Positions 40,233 to 52,420 of a stretch of 64,000 nt of DNA are shown piece after piece. The first letter of the stretch is position 1, and the number at the start of each line of letters is the position of its first letter. Made by a program: the position numbers and the translations under genes. Origin of the DNA: Tubiluchus corallicola (taxonomy: Eukaryota > Animalia > Priapulida); NCBI GenBank assembly GCA_030141605.1, contig JAQGDQ010000092.1, forward strand, positions 496,001 to 560,000. The letters are read 5' to 3'. A model generated the notes under the pieces. The model did not search any database. It had not been told where the DNA came from and saw only the letters and a list, made by a program, of their open reading frames with translations.

Positions 40233-41004
40233 TAGGGCTTCCGATTTTCCGCAGTCGGACGGAATTCACGGAAATGGGCAACTAAATAGCTACTTAAAAT
40301 TGGCCTGATTCCCGATTTGTTGTAAATTTAATGCGTACTAGAGACGAAATTACTTCACTTTTTACTTTCCCACAAATTTAAGCAGTTTTGTCAGATTCTT
40401 GAAGGTCTTGCTAGAAGCTTTCCCTCAATATTTACTTTTAATGCAACTTGCGCAACCACTAAGTCTCTTCTACGTTTTTTTTTGCATTTACCACGAGAAA
40501 TACGGAAATCTTTAGTTTGAGCTTGTAGCGAATATAAAGCAAACAGTGAAAAGGTTTCCCACTTTCAAACAGCATGTGACCATGGCTAAAACTCATTTGA
40601 ACTTTATTCCTTTAACTAGTTAAGTCTATTTAGTTATTTTAAAATGGGTGATGAAGGCGGTGCGGTGCGAAAGAAAACAAAACGATCTGTGCCACTTGTG
40701 TGTGTTACAGCTGGGAAAGAGCCAGGCAATTTTCCGATGATTTATATGAAGATTCCAGTGTATTGTTTTAAAAATGCAAATTAAATGTTGGTGTTCTTAT
40801 GTATATGTAAAGCCATAAAAATATCTGATAGACTATATGCTTAATTCAACTTAATTTTTTTATTTACAATATACAACATATTACACAATTTGATGACAAA
40901 TATTAACTATAAGGGCATCCTAACATCAAATTTCAGTGAAGCGGAATTGACAATTCTTTGAAACGGAATTGGGTCAATTTTGAAACGGAAAATCGGAGGC
41001 CCCA
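40233..41004. mobile_element. hAT-like MITE in VPS35L intron
   Basis: TIRs TAGGGCTTCCGATTTTCC / GGAAAATCGGAGGCCCCA match at 16/18. Subterminal (A)CGGAA(TT) repeats at both ends. TSD is degenerate (AAAGATTA vs AAATTACA). Confidence 0.75.
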
Positions 41005-41404
41005 AAATTACAGATATGAGATATGCTTCATCTCATTTTAAGTTTCCTGAAAAACGTCAAGACCATGATGCCTTTGAGTTTAGTTAATACTATATGTAAC
41101 TGACAGATATCATTGGAATAGTCATCCATATGTAAAAAAGTATTACTGAGCCATGCTTTGAGTGGGGACAAATTATTTGTAAGCCTCTTAAAAGTACTAA
41201 GCATATCTTCACTAAAATTTATGATTAAAGTGCTTCTGTTATTCCTAAAAGTTAATCAGGAGTGCAGCATCATCTGGTTTTCCATTTTTGTTTCACCATC
41301 TTGTTTTGTGCAAAACCTATGGTAAACGACTATACGTCAATTTAAAAATGTGTGGCGGCAGATCAAAGAGCAGAACAGAATATTAATAATTAAGTTAACG
41401 ATAC

Positions 41405-41605
41405 CTCGATTGCCATCTGTGATAAAGGATCAAGCTCAGCCATTTGCGATAGCGGGTCCATTCCTTCTAGGACTGCAGTGAGCGGGTCGAGAATTGGGAT
41501 GGACATCCCACCTTTCTTGGGGGTACTTGATCCAGAGCTACCAGTGGTGCTAGTCTTACTACTGCTCGCTACATACCCCAGCTTACCTAGCTTTGTAGAA
41601 GCTAC
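41405..41605 (-). CDS. VPS35L: VPS35L coding exon 2
   Basis: Acceptor TATTTTAG|GTA, donor GAG|GTATCG. A Ser-rich stretch is followed by LDPLTAVLEGMDPLSQMAELDPLSQMA, the DPL repeats of the VPS35L N-terminus. 201 nt. Confidence 0.9.
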
Positions 41606-42464
41606 CTAAAATATTAAATACAGTGCATGTAAAGTACAGAAGGAAGTTACACTTAAGGCAACCAAACTCCTTACAGTCACAAGTAGGAAGCAATTAATCT
41701 ACAGAGTTCTGATAGATTATTATAAGCATGCATCTGAATGGATGGTATTATCCTATTACAGGTTTTCAGAAAATTATTAATTAGACATGGCTGAAATGTC
41801 ACATATTGTAAGAATGCTGACTAGTGTATAAAATACACTCATTTGCCTCCAATAACTTTAAATAATTTTATTTATGCATGCTAACTAATCATTGTGATAC
41901 TAACACTGAAATAAGAGACTGTTCAAATTAATTATAAATTTACAAATTAAATACAAGTGAATTACTCAACGATTTGCACTAGACAGTATAAGTTAGTAAA
42001 CATGTACGTCTTTATAGAAAAACGTATTTCAACTAATAAGCTAGGAGAGAATATCCCCGACTTGGCGCTGTTGCTACATACATATATACATACAGAGAAA
42101 ATATAATAATTATAAGAATATGAATAATAAATTATATACATTTTCTACTTACTACAGTATTAGAGTTGATTATTATAGCTTTTCCCTACTCATTTATTTT
42201 GCTGTCTTAAATTATTTTTGTTTGTCTTTATTGACATAATCTTGTTGAAATTTAAATTACTTTATTATTTTTGCCTTTATTGTTATCTCTATTGTACCCT
42301 ACTTATGTTTTGATATTTTTTATTTATTTTTGTTGAAAATATATTAATTAGCATTCCATATATTAACTAGCGTCCAATAATATCAGTATTAATTATTACA
42401 GAAGCTGTTACAAAAATAAACTACTAATGCTACTATTTGCAGCCAAAAGCTAAACACTAAAAGT

Positions 42465-42710
42465 TTCTCTCTGTGAGTAAAGTCGCACGTGTGAATGACT
42501 TGCCAACTTCTCTCACAACTTGTTGCACAACTTCTCTCCAGAGTAGAGTCGCACGTGTGAACGTCTTGGCAACTTCTCTCACAACTTTCTGTAAACTCAG
42601 GGAGTTACTGAGAGTTAACCTGCGCAATAAGTTACCAAGACGTTCACACGTGCAACTTCACTCTCAGAGTTGACTTTCGCAATAAGTTGCGAGAGAAGTC
42701 GCTACTTCTG
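42465..42710. mobile_element. Palindromic MITE remnant (PIF/Harbinger-like internal repeats)
   Basis: AGAGTAGAGTCGCACGTGTGAACGTCTTGGCAACTT is inverted against AAGTTACCAAGACGTTCACACGTGCAACTTCACTCT, with an extra direct copy at ~42475. Confidence 0.65.
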
Positions 42711-42880
42711 AATGCGTATTAATAATTAAAGCATCTGCCATAAGTTTAATGTGCCCGCAGCTTATAATATGGATCATGTTTGCGTAAAAATATAAGCTTG
42801 CATATTAGCAAGTTTAAACTACCAGCCTGGTAAGCTGTGGTACAACAATTTGTTGTCATTCATTCTGATATAAAACTAAA

Positions 42881-45073
42881 GGCAGTGGCTAGAGGTACGG
42901 ATCCGTACTCGTTTTTTCAGCGATACCGAATACGGATCCATGCTTTTTGTGACATTTACAAAACATGCGGATTTTGACAATTTTTACGACACATATGGTG
43001 TTTGACCATGTGCCTTCACATTGTTGAAAAGTACTTGCCCACTTCATGAAAATGGTGATATGGCATTATACAGCCTGTAGCCGTACCGTTTTTCTTCGGT
43101 ACCATTTTTCTTTGTGATATAATAGTTACACTGTAAATATTAGTCTCCTTTCATTGTCTTGCAAATTGTTAGCTTTGATATTGCTGTGTGTCACATAAGC
43201 TACCAATTAATAGTTTGTTTGCTTTATTTTGTTTATTGTTACAAAAAACTTTAGTATTTTGATGTGTAGTAGGCCAGTTAGCAAGAGTTTAGCTCTTAGT
43301 GTGTTATGTATTTCTTAGAGTGTTGTAATATGCCAGTATTTCACTACCAGCCAGTGTTTTTTTCTATAGAGTGTTGTGAATGTGATAACCTACTAACTGT
43401 AATTTTCCTTAGTGTTGAGTTGTGATCTATTGGCTTGTCGAACATAGCAAATTTTTTTAGTCTTGATGTGATATGCAGTAGGTCCAATTTATATGCTGAA
43501 CTGTTACATGCACATGTTGCCAAATAAATTATGCTATGAATATTATAATGTGCCACTATTACTAGCTTGGTTTATTATTGTGTTTGTCATTGAAAACATT
43601 TTAAAGCATCTTCATGTGAGCCAGGTCCCATATTAATTAGTTATTTTACTATTTTGCTTATCAAAGCTGTATTACAATCAATGACTGCCATATTCCAAGT
43701 CAATTGTTGTAGTGTATCAAAAAGTAAAAAGGCTATTTTACAAATTTGCAATCAACTGAATGCTGCAATAAGTATCATTACATTCAATTGCCACATTAAT
43801 CCACTTTATATTGAGTTAAAACATCAAGTTACTTAACTTTCTCTTAGATTCCTCAGGGTTAAAGGTTTGAATTGGCCATGACTTATAATGTGTAATGTAT
43901 AAAACTAGTTGATGAAAACAAGTTAATTCGCTGATTAAAAAGCAATAATTTATGTTTGTGAATTAAAACCTAAATTTTGTATCCTTAATGTCAAAAAACA
44001 GTTACAAAACTCCTTACTGAACTACATGTATTTCAACCACTTAAAGGCCTCAAATGCCTATTGCCCCATCATAAGTGCCACTTATTGCTGTAATTATGTG
44101 TTCAATTATGCTGTATGTAAAGTGTTTGTTTGAAGAGTTTTTGACCCATGAACCTGTCAAAAAATATTGTGCACTGTGAGTGTAGAATGCTCATTTAGTA
44201 ATGCAGTAAAACACTTTGATACTTCAAAAATAATGTTTTAGAATTTTGCATTTTGTGAAAAATGTTCTAACTGAATAATTAAATTCTAGTAATTTTGTCA
44301 CTATGCAGACAATAGTTCACTGTTGTTGCAATTTCCTTAGAGTTACATGTAAAGCAGCAGAACTCCAGTAAAAAAACATTTTATAATTATTAAAAATTAA
44401 ACGTGCATGCACAGCAATAGGATATTCACATTCTTTTTAAAGGTATTTAGCAGTAGAGCTATTAACTAACATCAAGCAAGTACCCTAAAACTTATGTAAT
44501 CTATTACATTATTAAATGTTCAAGCACTAACAATGCTAATTAGTGAGATAAAACAGTTACAATGGGAAGACGCACAAGTATTCAATTGACAATATAAACA
44601 TATTCGTATCAGAAAAAAATTAAAAAGTTCAGCATAATATAAGAAAAAAGTTTTTTAAACTTAATCCTGTTGTTTTTCGTATGCAAACGGGGGACAAACG
44701 CTTCTTTCATACCAAAAATAGGCAAACACTATGTTTACGCTACAGTGATAAAGCATGACTCGCTCGCCGTAATATGACGGCGTGTTGCGCGCTTTCACCG
44801 CGTGTCCTATCTAGGGATTACGTAATATAGATATCTATGAGGATATTCAATTTCGCGGATCTAGCAGATGCGGATATTTACAATTGTGGATTTTGAGGTT
44901 GTGCATAAACAAGAAAGTGATATATTGCCCCTCTCTGACGGCGAACCGTATTTCTCGTTAACATCGTTCGCCATACAGATCAATCCGTATTTTCTAGTGA
45001 ATGCTTTCGAGACACGGATCCGTATTTTTAGTTGCTGCAGTTCCGGATCCGTACCTTTACTTTAGTCACTGCC
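42881..45073. mobile_element. 2.2-kb non-autonomous DNA transposon with perfect 9-bp TSD
   Basis: AAAACTAAA|GGCAGTGGCTAGAGGTACGGATCC ... GGATCCGTACCTTTACTTTAGTCACTGCC|AAAACTAAA. TSDs at 42872-42880 and 45074-45082; subterminal ACGGATCC repeats. Confidence 0.9.
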
Positions 45074-45126
45074 AAAACTAAAACATAGGTCTAGGATTTA
45101 GGCACCGGACGGATAGATGGACTTAC

Positions 45127-45279
45127 GGTAATAGGCTTTAAAGGATAGTCTGCTACTTCTTCGCGTTGAAGCTTCTGTGCTTCCCTCTCATTCTTATAGT
45201 TGCGTTTTCCGGGAATCCATTCAATAGTTGGACACACGATGTTTTCTCCGTCAGATGTTGGAAACGCCAGTTCATCCAT
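45127..45279 (-). CDS. VPS35L: VPS35L coding exon 1
   Basis: MDELAF..EWIPGKRNYKNE..DYPLKPIT|GTAAGT matches the VPS35L N-terminal W...RNYK.E..PLKPIT. An upstream acceptor CCTTAG| at 45300-45301 suggests an earlier non-coding exon. Confidence 0.85.
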
Positions 45280-45314
45280 TTTGCAACCTTTGCTTTGATC
45301 TAAGGTACAACAAT

Positions 45315-46200
45315 TCATTAAATTCAATTCAGTTTAATTTATTGCTCAGATGTACAATGGTATACCTAGGCAACATAGTACATAATAAATTATTATGCTT
45401 TATTTGCCATTAAATAGATTACAATAAAATTACAATCCTCGGTGTTAAAATTATTTTCAATACTAAAATACTGTTAAAGGCAAATGCGTCTGGTGCAAAA
45501 CTGAAAACTATAACGTACTAGTGCATTAAAAATAAAAATAAAAGTAATTGTACACATAAATGCAATAGGTTCACAATACTACACATAGACACCATATGAT
45601 AAGTAAAATACATAATAAATGCAAGGCAAAATTTATATCAATTTATTACAATATACACATAATATATAGCACAAAGCATAAGTACAATACATAATAAGAA
45701 TAAGACAAAATTTTCATCAATAACCACAATATACATATTACATTCGTATATCTGCACTTAAGAGTTGCGAATTTATAATTGAACAAACATCTCTTTCAGT
45801 TATTGGGGGGCGTGGGTATACAAAACTTGAAATAAAAACGTTAATGTTATTTACACGAGTTAGTTTTTGAAATCCAGTTGGTTGGTATTACTTCAGTTTC
45901 TTCTTAAAAATAGCTAGTGATTCTGATTGTCTGAAAGAGGAGTGCCATAGATAAATTGCTTGTTTTTGCCTATTGAATTATTACCAAATTTATTTTTTGT
46001 TTGAATTTGCTTTAGGTTATTAGTAGGTTAGTCTGACGAGTAGCAGACAAGAAAGGAAGTTTGTTATTTTTGAAGGGATTTTGAGGTCATTGACATATTT
46101 ATATAAGAATACTAAAGTGTGATAGTCTCGCTGAGATTCTAATGTGGAGATAAAGTTCTTAACGCTGATGCTGAATAGTTCTTTTTTATGGACACTTTAT
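45315..46200 (-). mobile_element. LINE 3' end (same group as 28910-30170)
   Basis: Minus strand LKQIQTKNKFGNNSIG resembles FKQIQKNNKYGYYSIS of the 29.5-kb copy; ends in AATAAA plus (TGAAT)-like repeats at ~45315-45343. Confidence 0.6.
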
Positions 46201-46710
46201 AGGAGTGCGTAGTTTTAAAATGTGTTTAATTGTGAAAAATATTCTGCTTTGACATTTTACAGGAAAGAGAAATACTAAAATTACAAAATAAGCATGAACG
46301 CAAAACAGAACCTGTAAATTTTCTCACAATGACAGAACACACAGAAAAAAATGGCAGATAAAAAATACCAACTTTTACCAGCAGAGGACGCATGCATCAC
46401 ACAATATGTCAGCGTGCTTGAAAAGTGAAGACTGATGATAAAAAATGTTTTCGAAGTAATTCATATATATATATATATATATAAACATTTATTTACTAAA
46501 TAGATTCGTTATTTATTTTTACACCAAGTCGTGTTACATAGTTACTTATTACTTACATATTATTAACAATAACTTCCTACTAGCTTCCAATTAGGCAATA
46601 ATTTTAAACGCAACAGGGAAAACGATAAACAAAAACCAAAATCAAATCATTTATTTTTCATCCTAAAACAATACATACAAAAATAGGTGTAAATTAAAAA
46701 ACCAAACAAA

Positions 46711-46756
46711 TGGGAAGGGGTATCGAAGAACATTGGCTGTCGAATCAGCCACCCCA
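46711..46756 (-). repeat. LINE 3'UTR stem-loop motif, copy 1
   Basis: GGGAAGGGGTATCGAA..AATCAGCCACCC is similar to GGGAAGGGTGGCGAA..AATCAGCCACCC at 54580-54625. Confidence 0.6.
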
Positions 46757-46884
46757 AGCTGAGTATTATGCAGTGCTGTAAATACATATTAACTGGATAT
46801 AAACTGAAGTACACACACATATATAAACTGTAAATATATGTACTGTAGTAATATTATAAAGAAAAAAATTATATCATTAAATTT

Positions 46885-47520
46885 AATGTGTGCTCGCATA
46901 GCAAAAACGTCCATAAGTCGGCAATTCAGCTCTTCTAGTTATTCACATAGCCTGAATCTTCATTTCATGAGGATCATTTTGATACCAAGCTCATCACTCT
47001 ATAATCTATATTGTTTCTAAGCTGAGATAATCCTCGTGGAAGTTGAGGTGCATGCTACACACTGAAAAACATAATCTTGAGAAAACCACTGTTAAAGTTT
47101 GCCATTGTTTTTTGTTGCGTTTCTGCAAAAACATTTAGCAACCATACAAATGTTGGTTGTAACGAACTTTACAAGAACATATTGAAGTTATGTTTAAATC
47201 CAGTAGATGGCCCTTTCCGACGAAGACCTGGGCTTGACAACAGAAAAAAACAGAAGTAAAATGACAGCTTCCCTGGGCTACTATTTGAGTTTGAAAATAC
47301 AATTGCAGTACTAGTTTCTAGCCAGAAAAGTGGATATTGGGTTACAAAATTATATTTTTAGTATTTTTGAACATTTTCCTGATAATTTGGTACTAGAACA
47401 TAAAGTTCAATATATTCAATGACATTTGACCGAATTTTGGTGCATTCCGCTTATAAGCACTTTAACTTAGTTATAACTATGCCGACATATGGACAGTTTT
47501 GGTTTGCAAACACACAAATG
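46885..47520. mobile_element. ~640-bp MITE with ~40-bp TIRs
   Basis: TGTGTGCTCGCATAGCAAAAACGTCCATAAGTCGGCA ... TGCCGACATATGGACAGTTTTGGTTTGCAAACACACA; a second, inverted copy lies at 60660-61810. Confidence 0.85.
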
Positions 47521-47849
47521 ATGTGCTTCATGAAACAGAGGCTTACTGAGAGGGAACTATAGGCTTCGCCCTATCAATCTGCAGTACTGTAAAAATAACA
47601 TTGGAGTATGGACAGAAAACAATAATTTTTAGCCTCCAATATGATAAGCAGCATCATACAAAGCAACAACCCTTGGTCTGCGCATGCCGTTGATACATTC
47701 GATCCCCTTCACCACCAGTGGCGAGCAAGCAGACATCAATAAAAAGTGTCTGTTTGAGATAGCTACACCGTCAACTTGACTTCAGAATCACACCAAATAT
47801 CGTCTACATCAACTTTGCTTTTACTATTCACTATTCACATTTTACTATT

Positions 47850-48190
47850 CAGCATGGGGCCCATACACACGAATAACATTTTGGAACTTAAGCAAGTGCA
47901 GGATAGATCGGCAAAATTTGTACGTAATGTATATCATAGAGATACTAGCGTAATATCTATGTTCCTGAAGTGGCTGAGCTTAAAACAGTGACATGCCATC
48001 ATATAGATATCAGCATAACCAGAGCTACCAGGGAAGGCCATAATTCACATCAGTGCAACACTACTAGTGCAGCAAAGATTGTTTTAGATATTCATTTGCA
48101 CCATCCATGTGCAGTCATCCAGTGGAAAAATCTAACTTCACATGTGTGCAAATCTAAGACACAGAGAAGTTTAGAGCAGCAATACAAAAA
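47850..48190 (+). mobile_element. CR1-group LINE C-terminal fragment
   Basis: NNILELKQVQDRSAKFVRNVYHRDTSVISM..W.SLKQ matches the LE.VQRRAARFV..Y.R..SV..M motif; later AVIQWKNL is WN.LP-like. Confidence 0.75.
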
Positions 48191-49531
48191 CATAGGACAG
48201 GAATTGTATAAATGTACGCTAGATACTGTTATTTCATTGTTCACTGCAATAATATTCCTAAAGGAAAGCCAATGTACAGCTGCTCACTGGACTGCTTATG
48301 TGTCTAAATGATGTGTTTCCTTGGTTTTTATTCGTTTTACAATTTCATCTGTCATTGCACTGTATTTCTGGTGCAATGTATGCCATTGTGTGAACGGAAT
48401 CCGTGGTTTCTATTATGAAACTTTGATAAATAGGCATACATTAACACGTTTTGTGTAAACACTAAACATTTGAGCTTACTTCATTAAGCACCCCCAGGGC
48501 GTAGCAATGAAAAATGTAAAAAGCCAATCGTAGGCTTAATCATGAAACACTGATTAATATTTTTGTCGTGTAACTTAAGACTTTTATATTAAATATTTTC
48601 AGTCTTGTAAGGCTAAGTCTTCCAAACAATTATTATACATAAAAATCCATGTTTAGCTACATTATATAGGCCTACAAATGCATATGGTCAACAACTTTGT
48701 GGGAGGAGGGGGTGATGCTGCCTGCCTCAGTTTCCAGCTTCCGCCAAGTTCGAGTATACCTATCTGCAAATTTGCCCCTACAGCATTGCAGCTTTGCACC
48801 ATTTAAGCATAGTAGTCCTCTATAGAGACTGTACTTGAAGGGCATTAGAAGAATGGAGATGAATTGCTAATGAAATGTGAGTGTGGTCTACAACAGTAAT
48901 TGCTAGGTAATTCTGTAGTAACTGACTCACCTTAGTGCTGCATGCCTTAGCTAGCTAACTATTGCTATTGGACATTTAGTTGTCATTAGTGCTTGTTGTA
49001 CTGATGCTCGTTGTACTGATGACACTATGAAGCTACATATCTGATTTTATTAAACCATAACAAAAGATTGGTGTTATCAGGTTTGTATTAAAACAGGCCT
49101 AGGCTAATCTAAGAAGGTGCACCTGCAGTTTAGCCTTCTTTAGACACGTTTTCCTGAGCTATAGTAAAATTCCCATTTTATAGTAATGACCTCGGGACAG
49201 TTTCTGCAGTTCTGGGGTTGAAGATTTTCTGCCAACTTGTGTGCAGTAGATTTTTAGTACATTAATCAGCAGGTACAAGTGAATACAATTTTGCTGCAAT
49301 TTGTTCACGTGATGGTAAAAAATGAGATAGATTGACTGGACTGCTTGTACATGTTTTGCTATGTTGCAAAGTTGAGACATTACAATGTACAAATCATTTC
49401 TGACATTTAGCAATTTTACCTCTATTAAGGAAAACTAAAAGCAAACCTGTGCAGTGAACATTGTTGGACATTGTATTGTTTACTACCAGTTGTAAATGAC
49501 AGATATGTTGTAATGATAATATTGAAATTGC

Positions 49532-50040
49532 ATGGATGTTCTTGATTACTTTTACAGCCGATGTTTTCAAAGCCTCTATTGGCGAAACTATAACTATGCA
49601 ACTTGGTGCAAACGATTGTTTTACAAGCACCACTTACACGCAGTGGTGCTTAGACATGCGTCTGCAATGCCAAAACAGTCTGATCAGGAAATGATAAGAA
49701 ATGTTGGTATAATGGCTCATATCGATGCAGGAAAAACTACGACAATTGAACGCATGTTGTACTATGCTGGCTATACTCGGTTTATGGGTGAAGTTGATCA
49801 CGGCGATACAGTAATGGATTATATGAGTCAAGAGCGTGACCGTGGGATAACGATAGTATCAGCAGCCATTACTTTCTTCTGGAAGAATTGTCGGGTGAAC
49901 CTTATTGACACTCCAGGTCACGTAGATTTCACTTTAGAAGTGGAGAGAGCGCTGAGAGTCCTGGATGGTTGTGTCACAATTCTGGATGCATCTGCTGGTG
50001 TAGAAGCCCAGACACTAACAGTGTGGCATCAAGCTGATCG
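49532..50040 (+). CDS. GFM2: Ribosome-releasing factor 2, mitochondrial (EF-G2mt), exon 1
   Basis: N-terminal extension, then [17 protein letters not shown] (G1), [13 protein letters not shown] (G2), [17 protein letters not shown] (G3). Donor CG|GTAATT. Confidence 0.93.
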
Positions 50041-50225
50041 GTAATTTAAATGTTTTCAGGGTACACTTAGTGTGCCATTAGATGTACAGTATTCTCAATT
50101 TAATGATCACTCAGTGTTTGTTTGATTTCTAACAAATAAATCTGTAGAAGATACCGTGTCAAACCTGCTTATCCAATAAATTGTAACTGTTTCAATGTAT
50201 TTATTGATATAAATTTTCTTTTCAG

Positions 50226-51987
50226 ATATAATCTTCCTCGTATATTATATCTCAACAAAATGGATAAGTACAATGCTGACTATCTCTTGTGTCTTACATC
50301 AATAGAAGAAAAACTGCACGTTGTTCCTTTGTTACTCCATCTTCCAGTTTTCTCTCAGAAGCATTTTAAAGGTGTAATTGATCTGGTTGCCATGGAAGCA
50401 TATTTGTGGGATGCTGATTTTGATACTGATGGAGAAACTTTTATGCGTAAGCCTATAACAAAAACTAGTGGGAAAATTTTTAATGAAGCTATAAGTTCCA
50501 GGAATAAATTGGTAGAGGCTGTTGCTGATTTAGATGATGATGTTGCTGAATTGCTTCTCACTTTTGAAGATCCTATGAAAATACCTTCTGACGAAATAAA
50601 GCGAGGCATACGGCGAATCACTCATCACCAAAAAGGTGCTCCTGTACTGCTGGGAAGTTCATTTAAGAAAAAGTGTGTACAGTTATTAATGAATGCTCTT
50701 ATTGACTATTTGCCATCTCCTTTAGATAGATCTTATAAGTTCAATGAACTTTATGGTGATAATTTGTGCGCTTTTGCTTTCAAAATTATCCACGATAGAC
50801 AAAAAGGAATTTTATCATACTTACGTGTGTATAACGGTTACTTAAAATCTAACAGTAACATTTTTAATATGAACCAAAATTGTTCAGAACATATAAATAA
50901 AGTGTATGAGGCTTATTCAAATGAATATAAGGATGTGCCTTTTATTGGAGAAGGAAATATTGCTGTTGCTAGTGGTCTAAAAAGTACGGTAACGGGTGAC
51001 ATGCTAACAGTTAGTTCAGCTGTTGCAAAAAATGTACAAAAACTTGGCAAAAGCTGTCAAAAAGATATTTGTACCATGACTCCAATGTCTGTCCCAGATC
51101 CAGTATTCTTCTGCACAATTGAACCGGCTTCATTATCTCACCAAAAAGGATTAGACTTTGCATTAGAGCAACTCCAAAAAGAAGATCCCAGTTTAAAAGT
51201 TACAGTTGATGAAGAAACAGGTCAAACAATATTGTCTGGTATGGGTGAATTACACATAGACATCATTAAAGATCGAATTCATAAAGAATACAAGGTAGAG
51301 TGTGATCTTGGACCATTGCAAGTTGCGTATCGAGAAACTATTGAAGAAAAAGTGCAAAAGTGTTTGACTTTAGAGCGAACATTAGGAGGAGTGCATCATA
51401 ATGTTACACTTACAATGTCTGTTACTCCATCTTATAGCAAAGGCAGTATAAAAAATATACGGCTACACCATACTAAAGACAATAGATTAGATTCTATTAA
51501 ACGCCACCATCTGAAAGCTATAGAGAGTGGCACTATATCTGCTTGCTTGCATGGCCCTTTGCTGGGCTTTAAAGTTATAGACATTGAAGTCGGGCTGCAT
51601 GATGCGACCATTGCACCGCATACTTCTGTTGCTATGGTGACAGCATGTGCAGCACAATGTGTTACAGAGGCTTTGCAACAGGCAAAGGTTCAGCTTTTGG
51701 AACCAATGATGTCTTTAGAAATTAGCACTGGTGAGAAATATTTACATGGCATTATGGCAGATTTAAGCCGTCGGAGAAGCCAGATACTTCAAATATTGTC
51801 AAGAGGTGATTATAGGATTTTACATGCAAAAGCACCACTTGCTGAATTACTAGGTTATTCAACCGCTTTGCGGACGATATCTTCTGGCAATGCCACATTT
51901 TCTATTGAACTTTCAAATTATGAAGGTCTTCCTGAAATGGAACTACAAAAAGCTTATGAAAAAATTACTGGTTTTGCTTATGTGTAA
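50226..51987 (+). CDS. GFM2: GFM2 exon 2
   Basis: Acceptor TTTTCAG|A restores R-YNLPRILYLNKMDK (G4). PDPVFFCTIEP, LQKEDPSL..GQTILSGMGELHIDII, LGPLQVAYRETI, LLEPMMSLEI and GYSTALRTISSG are GFM2-type. Total 756 aa. Confidence 0.95.
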
Positions 51988-52349
51988 TAGTAGGTTGGAT
52001 AACTGATGTATGTGTATATATGATAATGCAAACTGTTAATAGAATTGACAATTGAATATCAATAAAGCTGAAGGTCGGAAATTGCCTTAAACTGCAAAAT
52101 TGATTATTTTTTTAAACTACTGACTCTATATCTGTCGTCACAAGTGCTAAATTTTGTTATTTATGTTGTTATGTTATCACAAGTAATAAAGCGCTAAATC
52201 TTGGGTAATGCTTTAGTTTTCAGAGAATGCACTAGTGTGGTACTAAATGGGTTCGAATCATCCAGTTAATGAACAAAAGCAATTGACGTATTAATTAGAG
52301 AGTCTGAAAAATTTTTCCTCCACTGGGAAGAAGTTTTTCCAGCTTATAT

Positions 52350-52358
52350 ATGTGTGTG

Positions 52359-52390
<32 letters not shown>

Positions 52391-52420
52391 TGCTTGCGTG
52401 CGTGCGTGCGTGTGTGTATA
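52350..52420. repeat. (GT)n/(GCGT)n microsatellite
   Basis: Directly visible. Confidence 0.95.

Noticed and set aside
39741-41605. VPS35L exons 2 and 3 are both exactly 201 nt
   Set aside because: The two exons share no sequence similarity and both match distinct ortholog segments, so this is coincidence rather than duplication.
46430-46460. Hammerhead-like CTGATGA core (also at ~49016, ~24010 minus, ~31070)
   Set aside because: The required GAAA and complete stems are missing; only partial cores are present.
47670-47717. tRNA-like TTCGATCCCC..CCACCA
   Set aside because: I could not build an acceptor, D or anticodon stem; at most a degenerate tRNA-derived fragment.
49532-51987. EF-G split into two ORFs (pseudogene, or bacterial fusA transfer)
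   Set aside because: A canonical GT-AG intron (50041-50225) restores the frame, and the motifs and N-terminal extension are GFM2-type.
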